Shown: in pieces, positions 55,787 to 64,000 of the stretch
Layout of the letters: each line of letters begins with the position of its first letter
Numbering within the stretch: the stretch's first letter is position 1
Notes under the pieces: generated by a model
Told to the model about the DNA's origin: nothing
The model's database searches: none
What the model saw: the letters and a program-made list of their open reading frames with translations, nothing else
IMG/VR virus record: IMGVR_UViG_3300046009_005838
DNA length: 64,000 nt
Direction: 5' to 3' (one strand)
Source of the DNA: an uncultured virus (IMG/VR IMGVR_UViG_3300046009_005838)
Taxonomy: Duplodnaviria > Heunggongvirae > Uroviricota > Caudoviricetes
Translations under genes and position numbers: made by a program

Positions 55787-55939
55787 TTATTTCTTCTTAG
55801 CCGTTTTAGCAGACTCTTTAAAATCCTTATTAGTTGGAGCGCCTTTGCTTCCCACCTTGCGCATCTTCTCGCCTGATCCAGCGGCAATGCGTTTGCGTTT
55901 TTCGTGAATGTTGCTATACAATCCAGGTTTAGTTGCCAT
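55787..55939 (-). CDS. 50-aa basic peptide of a widespread phage family (not in ORF track)
   Basis: MATKPGLYSNIHEKRKRIAAGSGEKMRKVGSKGAPTNKDFKESAKTAKKK. Confidence 0.7.
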   Translation of the reverse strand: MATKPGLYSNIHEKRKRIAAGSGEKMRKVGSKGAPTNKDFKESAKTAKKK

Positions 55940-56156
55940 TGTTTAAAGATTGAGTGAGCCTGTGAAGCTCGGTGAAAAGATTTTGAAGTTTTGCCGCTTT
56001 CTCTGGGAGCAAATGAAAGTCATCTGCCATCTCAGTTGAATGACTGATTACGACTTTCATTATGTCCCCATCGGAAACGCCCTTTTGTTCTGCCGCAGCC
56101 ATCATGTCAACAATAGCCTGAAAAGAATCGTAGAACGAAATTTTTATTGAATCCAT
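55929..56156 (-). CDS. hypothetical protein (start revised to ATG 56156)
   Basis: MDSIKISFYDSF...; overlaps the upstream stop. Confidence 0.6.
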   Translation of the reverse strand: MDSIKISFYDSFQAIVDMMAAAEQKGVSDGDIMKVVISHSTEMADDFHLLPEKAAKLQNLFTELHRLTQSLNNGN

Positions 56157-56725
56157 TAATTGAATGTAATCACACCTGATTGTGGTGAAGGGTTGACAAT
56201 AGTTGTTCCAGTCGAAGTTCCGCCACAACCAGATACAGGATCAATTGCAGTGTAGGTTAAGTTATCAGGCAGTCCGTCCGAAGGGTTGTATGTTCCATTG
56301 GCCAAAACATCAGTTCCAGACCAAGTTCCGCTAGCAGGAGAAGGATTGAATAATGCATCTAAATCAACCGTTCCTTGGTTTTGGCAAATAGGCACAACAG
56401 TAAATGATGAAGTTCCGTCCAATACCTCAACCTGACAATTTAATACAGTATCACAACCGGCAGCATCAACGGTCAATGTAATCGTATAAATTCCCGTTGC
56501 AGCACCAACAGTTGCCCAAGCCAAAGAGTTCGTTCCTTGTCCTGCAAAGCCAGGCAATGTCGAAGTCCAAGTGTAGGTGTAGCCAGCGTTGACAATTGGG
56601 TTGCCCAATGCATCGGTGTACGTGGCTGTCAAAGTTTGATTCACGCATTTCGTGGCGCAAATCTGCGCATCAGCAGTGAACATTGTAAACACTGATAACA
56701 TCAGCGCGAGTAGTAATCGTTTCAT
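56156..56725 (-). CDS. secreted Ig/PKD-like protein (start revised to ATG 56725)
   Basis: Signal peptide MKRLLLALMLSVFTMFTADA|Q; 'YTYTWTS...GQGTNS', 'SGTWSG...YNPS...LTYT' Ig-like repeats as in Bacteroidetes adhesins. Confidence 0.7.
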   Translation of the reverse strand: MKRLLLALMLSVFTMFTADAQICATKCVNQTLTATYTDALGNPIVNAGYTYTWTSTLPGFAGQGTNSLAWATVGAATGIYTITLTVDAAGCDTVLNCQVEVLDGTSSFTVVPICQNQGTVDLDALFNPSPASGTWSGTDVLANGTYNPSDGLPDNLTYTAIDPVSGCGGTSTGTTIVNPSPQSGVITFN

Positions 56726-57351
56726 TGTTTTATGATGTTTATGTGGTTTATATTGATTTTTGCTGAGTCGCAATTGGTGAACATTTCTGCATTCAAAGAT
56801 CGTGGACCGTATCGCCACAACTTTAATTTTCCAATCTTAAAGTCCTTGGTTCGCTTTCCTTTGTAAACAACTAAGTCTGCATCAAGACTGTATTTATATG
56901 AAAGGTAAGCAAAGGAATCATTGTCGGGAGAATAAAGGCTGACCTTCAAACAGTTTTCCAATGATTTTATCAATCGGCCAACTCTGATAGAATCGCCAGG
57001 ACGTATTGAATCACGCCATTGTAACTTGATATTCTTCTTCTCCTTCTCTAATTCAATCTTAAAGAAGTCAACCACTCGTTGCAGCTTTAATTTATCCTTA
57101 GAAAGTTTCGACAAAGAATCAATATATTCCGCTTCGCGTTCTGCAAACTGTTCCTCAGTCAATCGAAGTGTCTTCGTGAATCCATCGCCAAGTCTTTTGT
57201 TATTCTCAACCTCAGATTCGTAGTTTTCAGACATTACATGGTAAGCATCCTTCCATTTGTCGCAGCCGTGAAGCGAAACGCCAATGATCCAAAACAAAAC
57301 AGCATACCCAACTACAATAAGTATCTGAGTTCTTAAAGAAAAATGCTTCAT
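56722..57351 (-). CDS. putative spanin-like membrane-anchored lysis protein
   Basis: N-terminal TM segment (with LHGC) and coiled coil; directly after the endolysin. Confidence 0.5.
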   Translation of the reverse strand: MKHFSLRTQILIVVGYAVLFWIIGVSLHGCDKWKDAYHVMSENYESEVENNKRLGDGFTKTLRLTEEQFAEREAEYIDSLSKLSKDKLKLQRVVDFFKIELEKEKKNIKLQWRDSIRPGDSIRVGRLIKSLENCLKVSLYSPDNDSFAYLSYKYSLDADLVVYKGKRTKDFKIGKLKLWRYGPRSLNAEMFTNCDSAKININHINIIKQ

Positions 57352-58001
57352 CTCCGTTTGTATGGATTATTAATTACAAACTTACGAATTTCTTCCAACG
57401 TGAGAATCTCTGGAGGGCATGCGCATTTAGATAGGGTTGCAGTCCTTCGCGTGTTCCGGTAGAAGCCATCTCCGTTTCGGCTCAGTCCATTGCTTGCATT
57501 TCCTTCTAGCGTAGTAATGGTTGTTGAGTCAGCATTAGGATTTTCAATCATCCCAATATGAGCATCCCTTTTTTGCTTCGGGAAATAAATGGTAAACAAA
57601 CAGCCAGTTTTCACATAAGGCTTATATCCTGCAGGAGTCTTCCATCTTCTGTCGTGAACAACAATCAATGGGCTGCTTCTATTTACCCAAGAAGGAACGT
57701 ATGCTGACCTTGGAACTGTTACGCATTCCTCTGTGGTATGGAAACCATAATACATTGAACTTGCACACCAAAAAGATCCCTTCGGAACACTTGTTAACTT
57801 ATTGCCAGCATCGGGAAGCCATCCTCGATTAGATCCCAAAGGTGTTTCTTTGAATCCAACGAACTCTGAAAAATAGACGGCAATCTTTTCTCCTTTCGTA
57901 TCAGGATTCTTTATACGACTGCTTTTACTACCTTGAGCGCTACCCAAAACAGCAACAACAACAAAGAGAATAGCAACGGTATAGACATAAGCCTTTGCCA
58001 T
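57348..58001 (-). CDS. CHAP-domain endolysin with N-terminal signal/anchor
   Basis: 'SN.G...FWCASS...AHIGMIE...TTLEGNAS' CHAP catalytic Cys/His pattern. Confidence 0.8.
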   Translation of the reverse strand: MAKAYVYTVAILFVVVAVLGSAQGSKSSRIKNPDTKGEKIAVYFSEFVGFKETPLGSNRGWLPDAGNKLTSVPKGSFWCASSMYYGFHTTEECVTVPRSAYVPSWVNRSSPLIVVHDRRWKTPAGYKPYVKTGCLFTIYFPKQKRDAHIGMIENPNADSTTITTLEGNASNGLSRNGDGFYRNTRRTATLSKCACPPEILTLEEIRKFVINNPYKRR

Positions 58002-58471
58002 GGTCTTATCGTTTTAAAGTCGTTTTCAAATGTACTTATTAATTCCTTCTTCTCTTCCTTCGTTGGATAAATGTAACGGAATATTGTCCTGAAATTAAAG
58101 TAGAGAAAGCCAAAGAATGATAGCGAAAACAAAACAGTAATTAGTGCCGCCTCTGCAACGTAATCCCACGTTTCCATAAACGGCAATGCTGCATAAGGAT
58201 CTGTTTCTCTAATCCATTCCCTGATTAGATACACGCCACCAATAAGAACTAACGCCATTGGAGCGTCTGCAAATCTTTGAAGAAACCATTTTGTACCCGA
58301 ATAGCCTTTTCTCAATCCAAACGAAAGTGCCTTCTTTCCAAAGTGGCCAATGAAAATAGATCCGTAGTAACCAACTACAACACAAGCCATGATAACCACG
58401 AAGGCAATGCCAACAACTACACCAAAGATAGCCAGCATAATTAGTCCAGAACCTTTGAGTAAATCAAGCAT
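57911..58471 (-). CDS. multi-pass membrane protein (possible holin)
   Basis: About four hydrophobic segments; immediately upstream of the endolysin. Confidence 0.55.
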   Translation of the reverse strand: MLDLLKGSGLIMLAIFGVVVGIAFVVIMACVVVGYYGSIFIGHFGKKALSFGLRKGYSGTKWFLQRFADAPMALVLIGGVYLIREWIRETDPYAALPFMETWDYVAEAALITVLFSLSFFGFLYFNFRTIFRYIYPTKEEKKELISTFENDFKTIRPWQRLMSIPLLFSLLLLLFWVALKVVKAVV

Positions 58472-58473
58472 AG

Positions 58474-60753
58474 TTAAGCCGGTTGTTGAGGTTGCTGTTG
58501 TGGTTGTTGCTGTTGCTGCATTTGTTGAGCCTCAATTCCTGCGACCTTGGCATCATAGCCCATAGCCGCCTTCACCATATCAGCTTCAACCTTTTTATCA
58601 GTGTTTGCACTTGCCGTCATAGCCTGCATTTCTGCGACTTGCTTGTTGGCATCAGTTACTTGCTTGGTATTAACCGCGCCCATGATCTTGTCAAACAATG
58701 CTTGGCCTTCCGCAGCCGCTTTGTTCTGTTGAACCTTCCAACTAACATAAGCCTTCATCTCAGACCATGTAGTCATGCTCTCAATCTTGATAACATCTTC
58801 CATGTCAACCTGACCAGTCTGCATTAAGATTCTCAAGTCAGCAGATAATTGCTGCTTCTGTTTCTCGTCAACATAATCCTCAAAGTCAACCCGAACCAAC
58901 AAGGTTTCGAAAAGTGACTTCTTCATTTCTTTCATGAAGAAAATGCCTCGTTCCCCAATTACTGATTCCGTCTGAGCAATATCGCCTCTAGCAACGCTGA
59001 GTTTCATTTGCTCAAGAGAATACTGCATAACGCCAGCCATAAATTGACCGTGAGCATAGTAAATGTACTGCATGTTATTCAACGATGCATCCATTGTCGC
59101 TTGCTGAGTATCGTAGCCAACATATCCCTTCTGAGTACCCAAGCCAATATCCGAAAGATTCAAAATATCCTTCATCATTGTTTCCTTCTGCTTCCAAAGA
59201 TTCAGATAGCTCATTGCAATTGCTGCAGTTGACATATCGATCCGGTACATCGGAGGCTTATTGTTCGAAGGATTGTCCAAGTCCATATCTTGCGTTTCCA
59301 CAAGAATCCTTGTCTTCTTGATTTCTTCAAGAGCCTCGAACGGAGTAGTCACATTCTGGAATGTTTCACCGCGAAGCCCCATCACAATCCCCATATCGAA
59401 ACCAACCATCTCACGGAACTTGTAGTCCAGCATCGAAAGGTCATTCTGAGTCTGGCGAACTTGGTCAACAATAGATTTATTGTACCCTTGGTAAGTCTGT
59501 GGCTGAACGTAAAACAGTGGGCAAAATAATTGTGACTTGTCCATCGGGTTACGGATCTCATCGCAAATGCCTTCGTCAACAATCCATTTGTTCGCTATCA
59601 ATGTAGCAGTTCTCCAAACCTCAACCATCTCCCCTTTAGCCTTTGATGAAGGGCTAACATAGAAAACTTTGTTGTTTGGATCATTCCTATCCGGCAACTC
59701 TCTAGTGTCAACAAGAGATTTCCAATAAGCCTTGCATACGGAAAGATTCTTGATCCGATCTTGGTCCATCTTGTACCATCCGAATCCCCATCCGCCATAT
59801 TGAACTTGGTTGGCAATAATAAACTCGCCATCGCAGTTTGCGATCTTGTTCATTACGTCCTTACCATACTTCTTCACTAATTGTTTTCCCCACTTCGCTT
59901 GAATGTGGTTCGGAGTAAATGGACGAAGCCATCCTCTGAGAACATCATTGTGCCCAAAGTCATCATCTTCTAAAGACTGAGCAATCTGACACCACGGTGG
60001 AACAATATCCCACGAAGGCCATCCGCCACGTTTAACAATATCAATCATCGCCCGACCTCCACCGATCACATGCATGATCGACTTAAATCCGGTTGTCGTG
60101 TAGTTGTTTTTTACTCTGATTTGATTCAGTAAATCCGTTCCGTAAATCTCTGCCGTAGTGGTCGGATTCTGAAAAAAGTATTTTTCAGCCTGCTCTTTTG
60201 AGTAAACATCTTGCCCTCCCGTTGGCTCGAATCGGATACCAAGTTCTTGAGCAAGTTCCTTGAAGAAAGGTGCTTGATCGTATTTTAAGTAAGCAAGTTT
60301 TAATCGCTTGTTGAGTTTGCTTTGAGCCTTTTGATCGTAAGACTTTACAACAGCTTTGCTTGAACGAAGTATTTTTAGATACTGGTTAGCAAGGTGACTT
60401 GTGAATCGCCAAACCTCTTTACCTGGTTGCCATGGTGCACCAATCTCTCCCCCTGCCTGAATCTGAGTCAAGAAACCCATATCTCGGTTGATTTGATCTC
60501 CCTGAATATAAGTGAAGTTCTCCCAAGCACGGTCAGCCTCGCCCATTAGCCACCAAGGATTGTTTGCTAACTGATCACTTCCCGTTGCATTATTCCTTTT
60601 GTTGAAAAAACTCGCAACGTATCGAACATTGTCAGCATACCAGTTGTCAAGCGGATTTTTGTCCCTAGCCGTTGAATAGTGTTTAATTATTTCATCCATC
60701 GACAAATCCTGTCGTGGCTGATAGCCTGAGAATATGTAGGTATTGTCGTTCAT
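58474..60753 (-). CDS. portal protein (crAss-like)
   Basis: 759 aa; 'EVWRTATLI', 'SIVDQVR..Q', helical C-terminal barrel with Gln-rich tail; synteny with scaffold and MCP. Confidence 0.7.
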   Translation of the reverse strand: MNDNTYIFSGYQPRQDLSMDEIIKHYSTARDKNPLDNWYADNVRYVASFFNKRNNATGSDQLANNPWWLMGEADRAWENFTYIQGDQINRDMGFLTQIQAGGEIGAPWQPGKEVWRFTSHLANQYLKILRSSKAVVKSYDQKAQSKLNKRLKLAYLKYDQAPFFKELAQELGIRFEPTGGQDVYSKEQAEKYFFQNPTTTAEIYGTDLLNQIRVKNNYTTTGFKSIMHVIGGGRAMIDIVKRGGWPSWDIVPPWCQIAQSLEDDDFGHNDVLRGWLRPFTPNHIQAKWGKQLVKKYGKDVMNKIANCDGEFIIANQVQYGGWGFGWYKMDQDRIKNLSVCKAYWKSLVDTRELPDRNDPNNKVFYVSPSSKAKGEMVEVWRTATLIANKWIVDEGICDEIRNPMDKSQLFCPLFYVQPQTYQGYNKSIVDQVRQTQNDLSMLDYKFREMVGFDMGIVMGLRGETFQNVTTPFEALEEIKKTRILVETQDMDLDNPSNNKPPMYRIDMSTAAIAMSYLNLWKQKETMMKDILNLSDIGLGTQKGYVGYDTQQATMDASLNNMQYIYYAHGQFMAGVMQYSLEQMKLSVARGDIAQTESVIGERGIFFMKEMKKSLFETLLVRVDFEDYVDEKQKQQLSADLRILMQTGQVDMEDVIKIESMTTWSEMKAYVSWKVQQNKAAAEGQALFDKIMGAVNTKQVTDANKQVAEMQAMTASANTDKKVEADMVKAAMGYDAKVAGIEAQQMQQQQQPQQQPQQPA

Positions 60754-60971
60754 ATAGACGACTTGGTTACATTATTTAAACTGATCCTACGCAAGTCGTG
60801 AATTTTCTGCATGCCAGAAACATCATTAGCGTCCTCAGTTTCTTTTGGGCTAACAACAGCAAAGGTTTGGATACCATCTTGCATGCTTCCCTCCATGAAT
60901 ATCCCATGGAAGTACCCATCAATCCAAGGCGTACTAGGTCTGTTATCTTTTTTGAAAAAACACTTCTTCAT
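60750..60971 (-). CDS. hypothetical protein (start revised to ATG 60971)
   Basis: MKKCFFKK...GYFHGIF; promoter box TACATTTG at 60978-60985. Confidence 0.55.
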   Translation of the reverse strand: MKKCFFKKDNRPSTPWIDGYFHGIFMEGSMQDGIQTFAVVSPKETEDANDVSGMQKIHDLRRISLNNVTKSSI

Positions 60972-60999
60972 GGAAAGCAAATGTAAAAGAAAAAATCAT

Positions 61000-61704
61000 T
61001 CAATTTAAAATTATTTCACCTTCAATCGGACAACAAAGCTCAGGATAAAATTCCCACGTTTCTGGAATCCAATTATTGCCTCCCCAAGCAGTAGAGTTTC
61101 TTCCCGCAACAACAATAGCATCCGTGCCGTTTATATTGTGCAGACCATGTATCGCCCCTCCATTTACCCAAGCTGAACATATCGGCTTTCTGATAATGGA
61201 ATTGCGAATGATATTAGTTGTTTCGTAAATAATAATCTGTTGGCTTGCCAAAAGTGTCGTGCAAACATACATAGGAGCCTTGTGCCAACTGACAATAAAC
61301 CTACGAAATGGAGCCGCGCCATCAGTTCTGTAGTAAACATATTCCAATGGATTCGGACTCGCCCCTGCAATGCCAGTGTGAATGTCGTGAAACGGTCCCA
61401 TAATGCAGTTCTTTGGAATGAAAGGATTTGCCGTTGGTATTGCAAAGGGCGTGAAAGCAAATGGTTGCCCAGCAGAAAATGACACCCACCCATTGCTGCC
61501 AATCCAAACTTGATTATATTTAATGCCCCAAAAGCAGAAGTCAAAGCCTATCGGAAACGGTCCGCGAACCTGATCGTCAGTATAGGCTAACAATGTTCCT
61601 TGTGGAAGCGGCAAAGTATCAAAAGGAACTTGAGAAAAAGAATACGCTTGGCCATAAGCCTTTACGCTCATTGCGACAACAAATATTGCCGACAGTAGCT
61701 TCAT
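61000..61704 (-). CDS. secreted Bacteroidetes-type protein (NIDO-like domain seen at the N-termini of gliding/T9SS cargo proteins)
   Basis: Signal peptide ending AYG|Q; 'TDDQVRGPFPIGFDFCFWG..YNQVWIGSNGWVSF...IMGPFHDI...GAAPFRRFIVSW...QIIIYETTN'. Confidence 0.75.
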   Translation of the reverse strand: MKLLSAIFVVAMSVKAYGQAYSFSQVPFDTLPLPQGTLLAYTDDQVRGPFPIGFDFCFWGIKYNQVWIGSNGWVSFSAGQPFAFTPFAIPTANPFIPKNCIMGPFHDIHTGIAGASPNPLEYVYYRTDGAAPFRRFIVSWHKAPMYVCTTLLASQQIIIYETTNIIRNSIIRKPICSAWVNGGAIHGLHNINGTDAIVVAGRNSTAWGGNNWIPETWEFYPELCCPIEGEIILN

Positions 61705-62303
61705 CAGTACGTTATGTGACGCTCAATCTTTATTGTAGAAAGTATCTGCTTGAAGTGCTCGTCCTTTGCTAGTTTCGCGTTACCGTTAGCAATGCCTTGC
61801 TCATAAACATAGAACAAGTCGCCAATATCAATCGAGTCGGGCTGGTGCCGCCCAAGTGACATCGTTGCTGAATAAATTATAACCTTGTCTTTGAAGAACT
61901 CAGGATCTTTAGCCTTCAATGTTTCGATTCCAATAGCATTTGCCTCTGTGTCATTAGATGCTGGAACAATAGCCATCGCAGGATGAGTCACCCCTTGAAC
62001 AGGATCAGTAAACAATACCTGAACCACAAACGGAATCTTTCCTTTCGAGTAAGCATTCTTTAACTCTAGGTCAAACTGATATTGAGCTTCCGCATCTTTC
62101 TCAAAGTCCTCAAAAGATTCTTGTTGCTCCTTGAAATCAAAGAACAATCCAACAATCGAAGCTATCGAAAATCCCGTTCCCATTATTCCAGAGAACAAAA
62201 TCATATCCACGTGACCAATGCCAATCGCCACCATCAAAGAAATCATTGATATCAGCGTTGCAGCAGCCGAAATTCGAGCAAGCAATATTCCGTTGTAGAT
62301 CAT
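61704..62303 (-). CDS. membrane protein (2 N-terminal TM segments)
   Basis: Hydrophobic N-terminus. Confidence 0.65.
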   Translation of the reverse strand: MIYNGILLARISAAATLISMISLMVAIGIGHVDMILFSGIMGTGFSIASIVGLFFDFKEQQESFEDFEKDAEAQYQFDLELKNAYSKGKIPFVVQVLFTDPVQGVTHPAMAIVPASNDTEANAIGIETLKAKDPEFFKDKVIIYSATMSLGRHQPDSIDIGDLFYVYEQGIANGNAKLAKDEHFKQILSTIKIERHITY

Positions 62304-62323
62304 AACTGAGTCTTGTCTTCAAT

Positions 62324-62779
62324 TTATTCTTGAACAATTGCCGCTTTAGAAGCCTCCAAATATGGAGCTAGAAATTTTGACTTGTCAATCACATTAGCAT
62401 AGTGAGCAAGTTCATCAAAATCCCATTCGTTCTCCTTAATCACCAATCGCTGACGTTCCATAATAGACTTCGCCTCGGTAATGAATTCATTGGCGCGATC
62501 AATCTCAGCCTCCATGTACTTGTTCTCGGTTAGCAATCTATCGTGGTTCTGCCTCCAGCTAGTTGCCAACTCAGATTGCTCAAGAAATTCCTGTCGCGTT
62601 GGAGAAGCCGCAAGTTTCTTCTTGTACTGATCTTTCTGAACTGACTCAAGAGCCAACCTTCCCTTTACTTCTTTAAGCAAATGAAAGAGTCTGAATATCC
62701 GAAAGGCCATTACGAATACTGCCACTACCAAGACGGCAATGATTGAGATTGAGGTAAGTGCTTCTGTGGTCATTTGCAT
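62324..62779 (-). CDS. membrane-anchored coiled-coil protein
   Basis: N-terminal TM plus coiled coil; promoter box TATCTTTG at 62795-62802. Confidence 0.65.
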   Translation of the reverse strand: MQMTTEALTSISIIAVLVVAVFVMAFRIFRLFHLLKEVKGRLALESVQKDQYKKKLAASPTRQEFLEQSELATSWRQNHDRLLTENKYMEAEIDRANEFITEAKSIMERQRLVIKENEWDFDELAHYANVIDKSKFLAPYLEASKAAIVQE

Positions 62780-62802
62780 TTAGTTAAAAGTTTCCAAAGA
62801 TA

Positions 62803-63189
62803 TTAATTTACAACTTCCTCAGTCACTTCAACATCAGACACCGGAAACTTTTTGCTCACAACATTCTCAAGATACCACTCAGAAAAAGCAAAGCCCCAAA
62901 CCTGGCGAATCCCGTCATCAAAGTCAGCATCCTTGAGCAAGCCGCCCCGACCGTTTGCAGATACATAGCGAACAATTGCCAACCACTTCTTCCGTTGCTC
63001 GGTCAGAATGTGAGCAAGTGTCTTGTCGCTTTGGCGCTTCCGCTTTGCCCTCTCTTCCAAGACCTCGTGCTTGCAAAGATCCGTTAATACATTACTGACC
63101 ATTATACTGAATGGTTTGTCCTCCTGCTTCTTCATGCATTCATACATGCAAGCAACGATTTCTCTCGCGTGTTCTCTTGAGCGTTTCAT
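62803..63189 (-). CDS. hypothetical protein
   Basis: 128-aa ORF. Confidence 0.65.
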   Translation of the reverse strand: MKRSREHAREIVACMYECMKKQEDKPFSIMVSNVLTDLCKHEVLEERAKRKRQSDKTLAHILTEQRKKWLAIVRYVSANGRGGLLKDADFDDGIRQVWGFAFSEWYLENVVSKKFPVSDVEVTEEVVN

Positions 63190-63195
63190 ATTTAG

Positions 63196-63483
63196 TTATT
63201 GGGTTAAAATGGATAGTTTAAACTTCTCGGCAATCATAAATTCAAAGGACGCACCCTCGCTTCTCTCCCAGCCTTCGAGCATGTAAATGCAATCGCAATC
63301 CATAAGAGCAATGATACACTCTTTCATGTAAGACTCCCAGCTCTTGTCGTGGTCGTGTGGCAAGTTCATCGGGTTGACAACTTCCATCCCCGCTGATTTC
63401 AGTCGGCATTCTGCTTCTGAAAAAGCAGCCCTCGCTTGCTCAATCGGTAACCCTGTGATCTGGCCTGCAATGTAAGTTTTCAT
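63196..63483 (-). CDS. DUF4406-family protein (start at ATG 63483)
   Basis: 'KTYIAGQITGL...VVNP...WESYMKECI..LMDCDCIYMLEGWERSEGASFE'. Confidence 0.85.
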   Translation of the reverse strand: MKTYIAGQITGLPIEQARAAFSEAECRLKSAGMEVVNPMNLPHDHDKSWESYMKECIIALMDCDCIYMLEGWERSEGASFEFMIAEKFKLSILTQ

Positions 63484-64000
63484 GGTTGGTAAAGTTCTTT
63501 TAAATATTTTCCCCATTGGTTAGCCATTGCTTCGGCTATACCTGGAAATGTTTTTGATCTTACTTTGCTTCGTTCTGATGATTTGAGTTTAAAGGCATCT
63601 GCATACCATTTAGGCTGTCTTTTTAACTTGCCACTTTTACCATCAATCCATTCAAACATCTCACCCTTTCCAACGTGTGTTACTTCATCATCAAATAAAT
63701 TAGGAGATGAGTTATGATATAATGCTGGTAAGTTTTGTAGCCATAAACAAGTTGTCTTTTGCGCTTCGTCACCAAAAAAGTATGGCTGAATTTTTTGTGT
63801 TGGTGGCTTATAAATCTTGCTCATTATTCCAATCGGATTCTCAATAGCAATATGTTTAATGGGAGCATTAACCATTGCCATAAAAAAATCAATACCTTCT
63901 TGTTGCCGTCCGTCTGCCCTTTTCTTTTCGAAATGCGGAGCGCCCGAAACGGCCAAATGTGTGCAAGGAGGAAAAGCAATCATCGCATTCCATCCGTCAT
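63480..64000 (-). CDS. C5 DNA cytosine methyltransferase-like protein (5' end outside window)
   Basis: Catalytic 'AFPPCTHL' (PC motif), 'IENP', 'KTTCLWL', 'RSKTFPGIAEAMANQW'. Confidence 0.75.
   Translation of the reverse strand, partial: DGWNAMIAFPPCTHLAVSGAPHFEKKRADGRQQEGIDFFMAMVNAPIKHIAIENPIGIMSKIYKPPTQKIQPYFFGDEAQKTTCLWLQNLPALYHNSSPNLFDDEVTHVGKGEMFEWIDGKSGKLKRQPKWYADAFKLKSSERSKVRSKTFPGIAEAMANQWGKYLKELYQP

Noticed and set aside
1..64000. Stop-codon reassignment as in some crAss-like phages
   Set aside because: Genes tile densely and intact in the standard code, and TAA, TGA and TAG all act as real stops
1..64000. CRISPR array, tRNA or rRNA genes
   Set aside because: No regularly spaced repeats or cloverleaf/T-loop signatures were seen in the few intergenic gaps (by eye; tRNAscan not run)

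Overview
The whole window is part of a Bacteroidetes-infecting dsDNA phage genome in the standard genetic code. Host-type TAnnTTTG promoters are present, and Gln follows the predicted signal peptides. 1-8025 (+): many small early genes, an XRE regulator, a serine recombinase and two secreted host-like proteins. 8026-20818 (-): a recombination/replication operon (RecE-like, RecT, SSB, ERCC4 nuclease, SMC-like ATPase, SF2 helicase, Prim-Pol/VirE primase-helicase) ending in the terminase genes. 20912-60980 (mostly -): a virion block with a crAss-like gene order: portal, lysis genes, scaffold, major capsid, ring and muzzle tail proteins, ejected proteins including a 3520-aa polyvalent protein with no visible RNA polymerase motif, and tail fibres. 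61000-64000 (-): hypothetical genes, a DUF4406-like gene and a C5 methylase-like gene. Two candidate undescribed systems stand out. (1) A self-contained ~80-nt small RNA at ~6672-6751 whose hairpin loop (UUGGUCGUUU) is antisense to an AAACGACC(A) motif found at or next to the start codons of at least seven early or replication genes. (2) Five scattered, signal-peptide-bearing, T9SS-cargo-like genes: one is a near stand-alone type-B CTD protein, and three lack a CTD but all end in the same G-x-I-x-hydrophobic-N C-terminus. All family assignments come from motif recognition and synteny; no searches were run.
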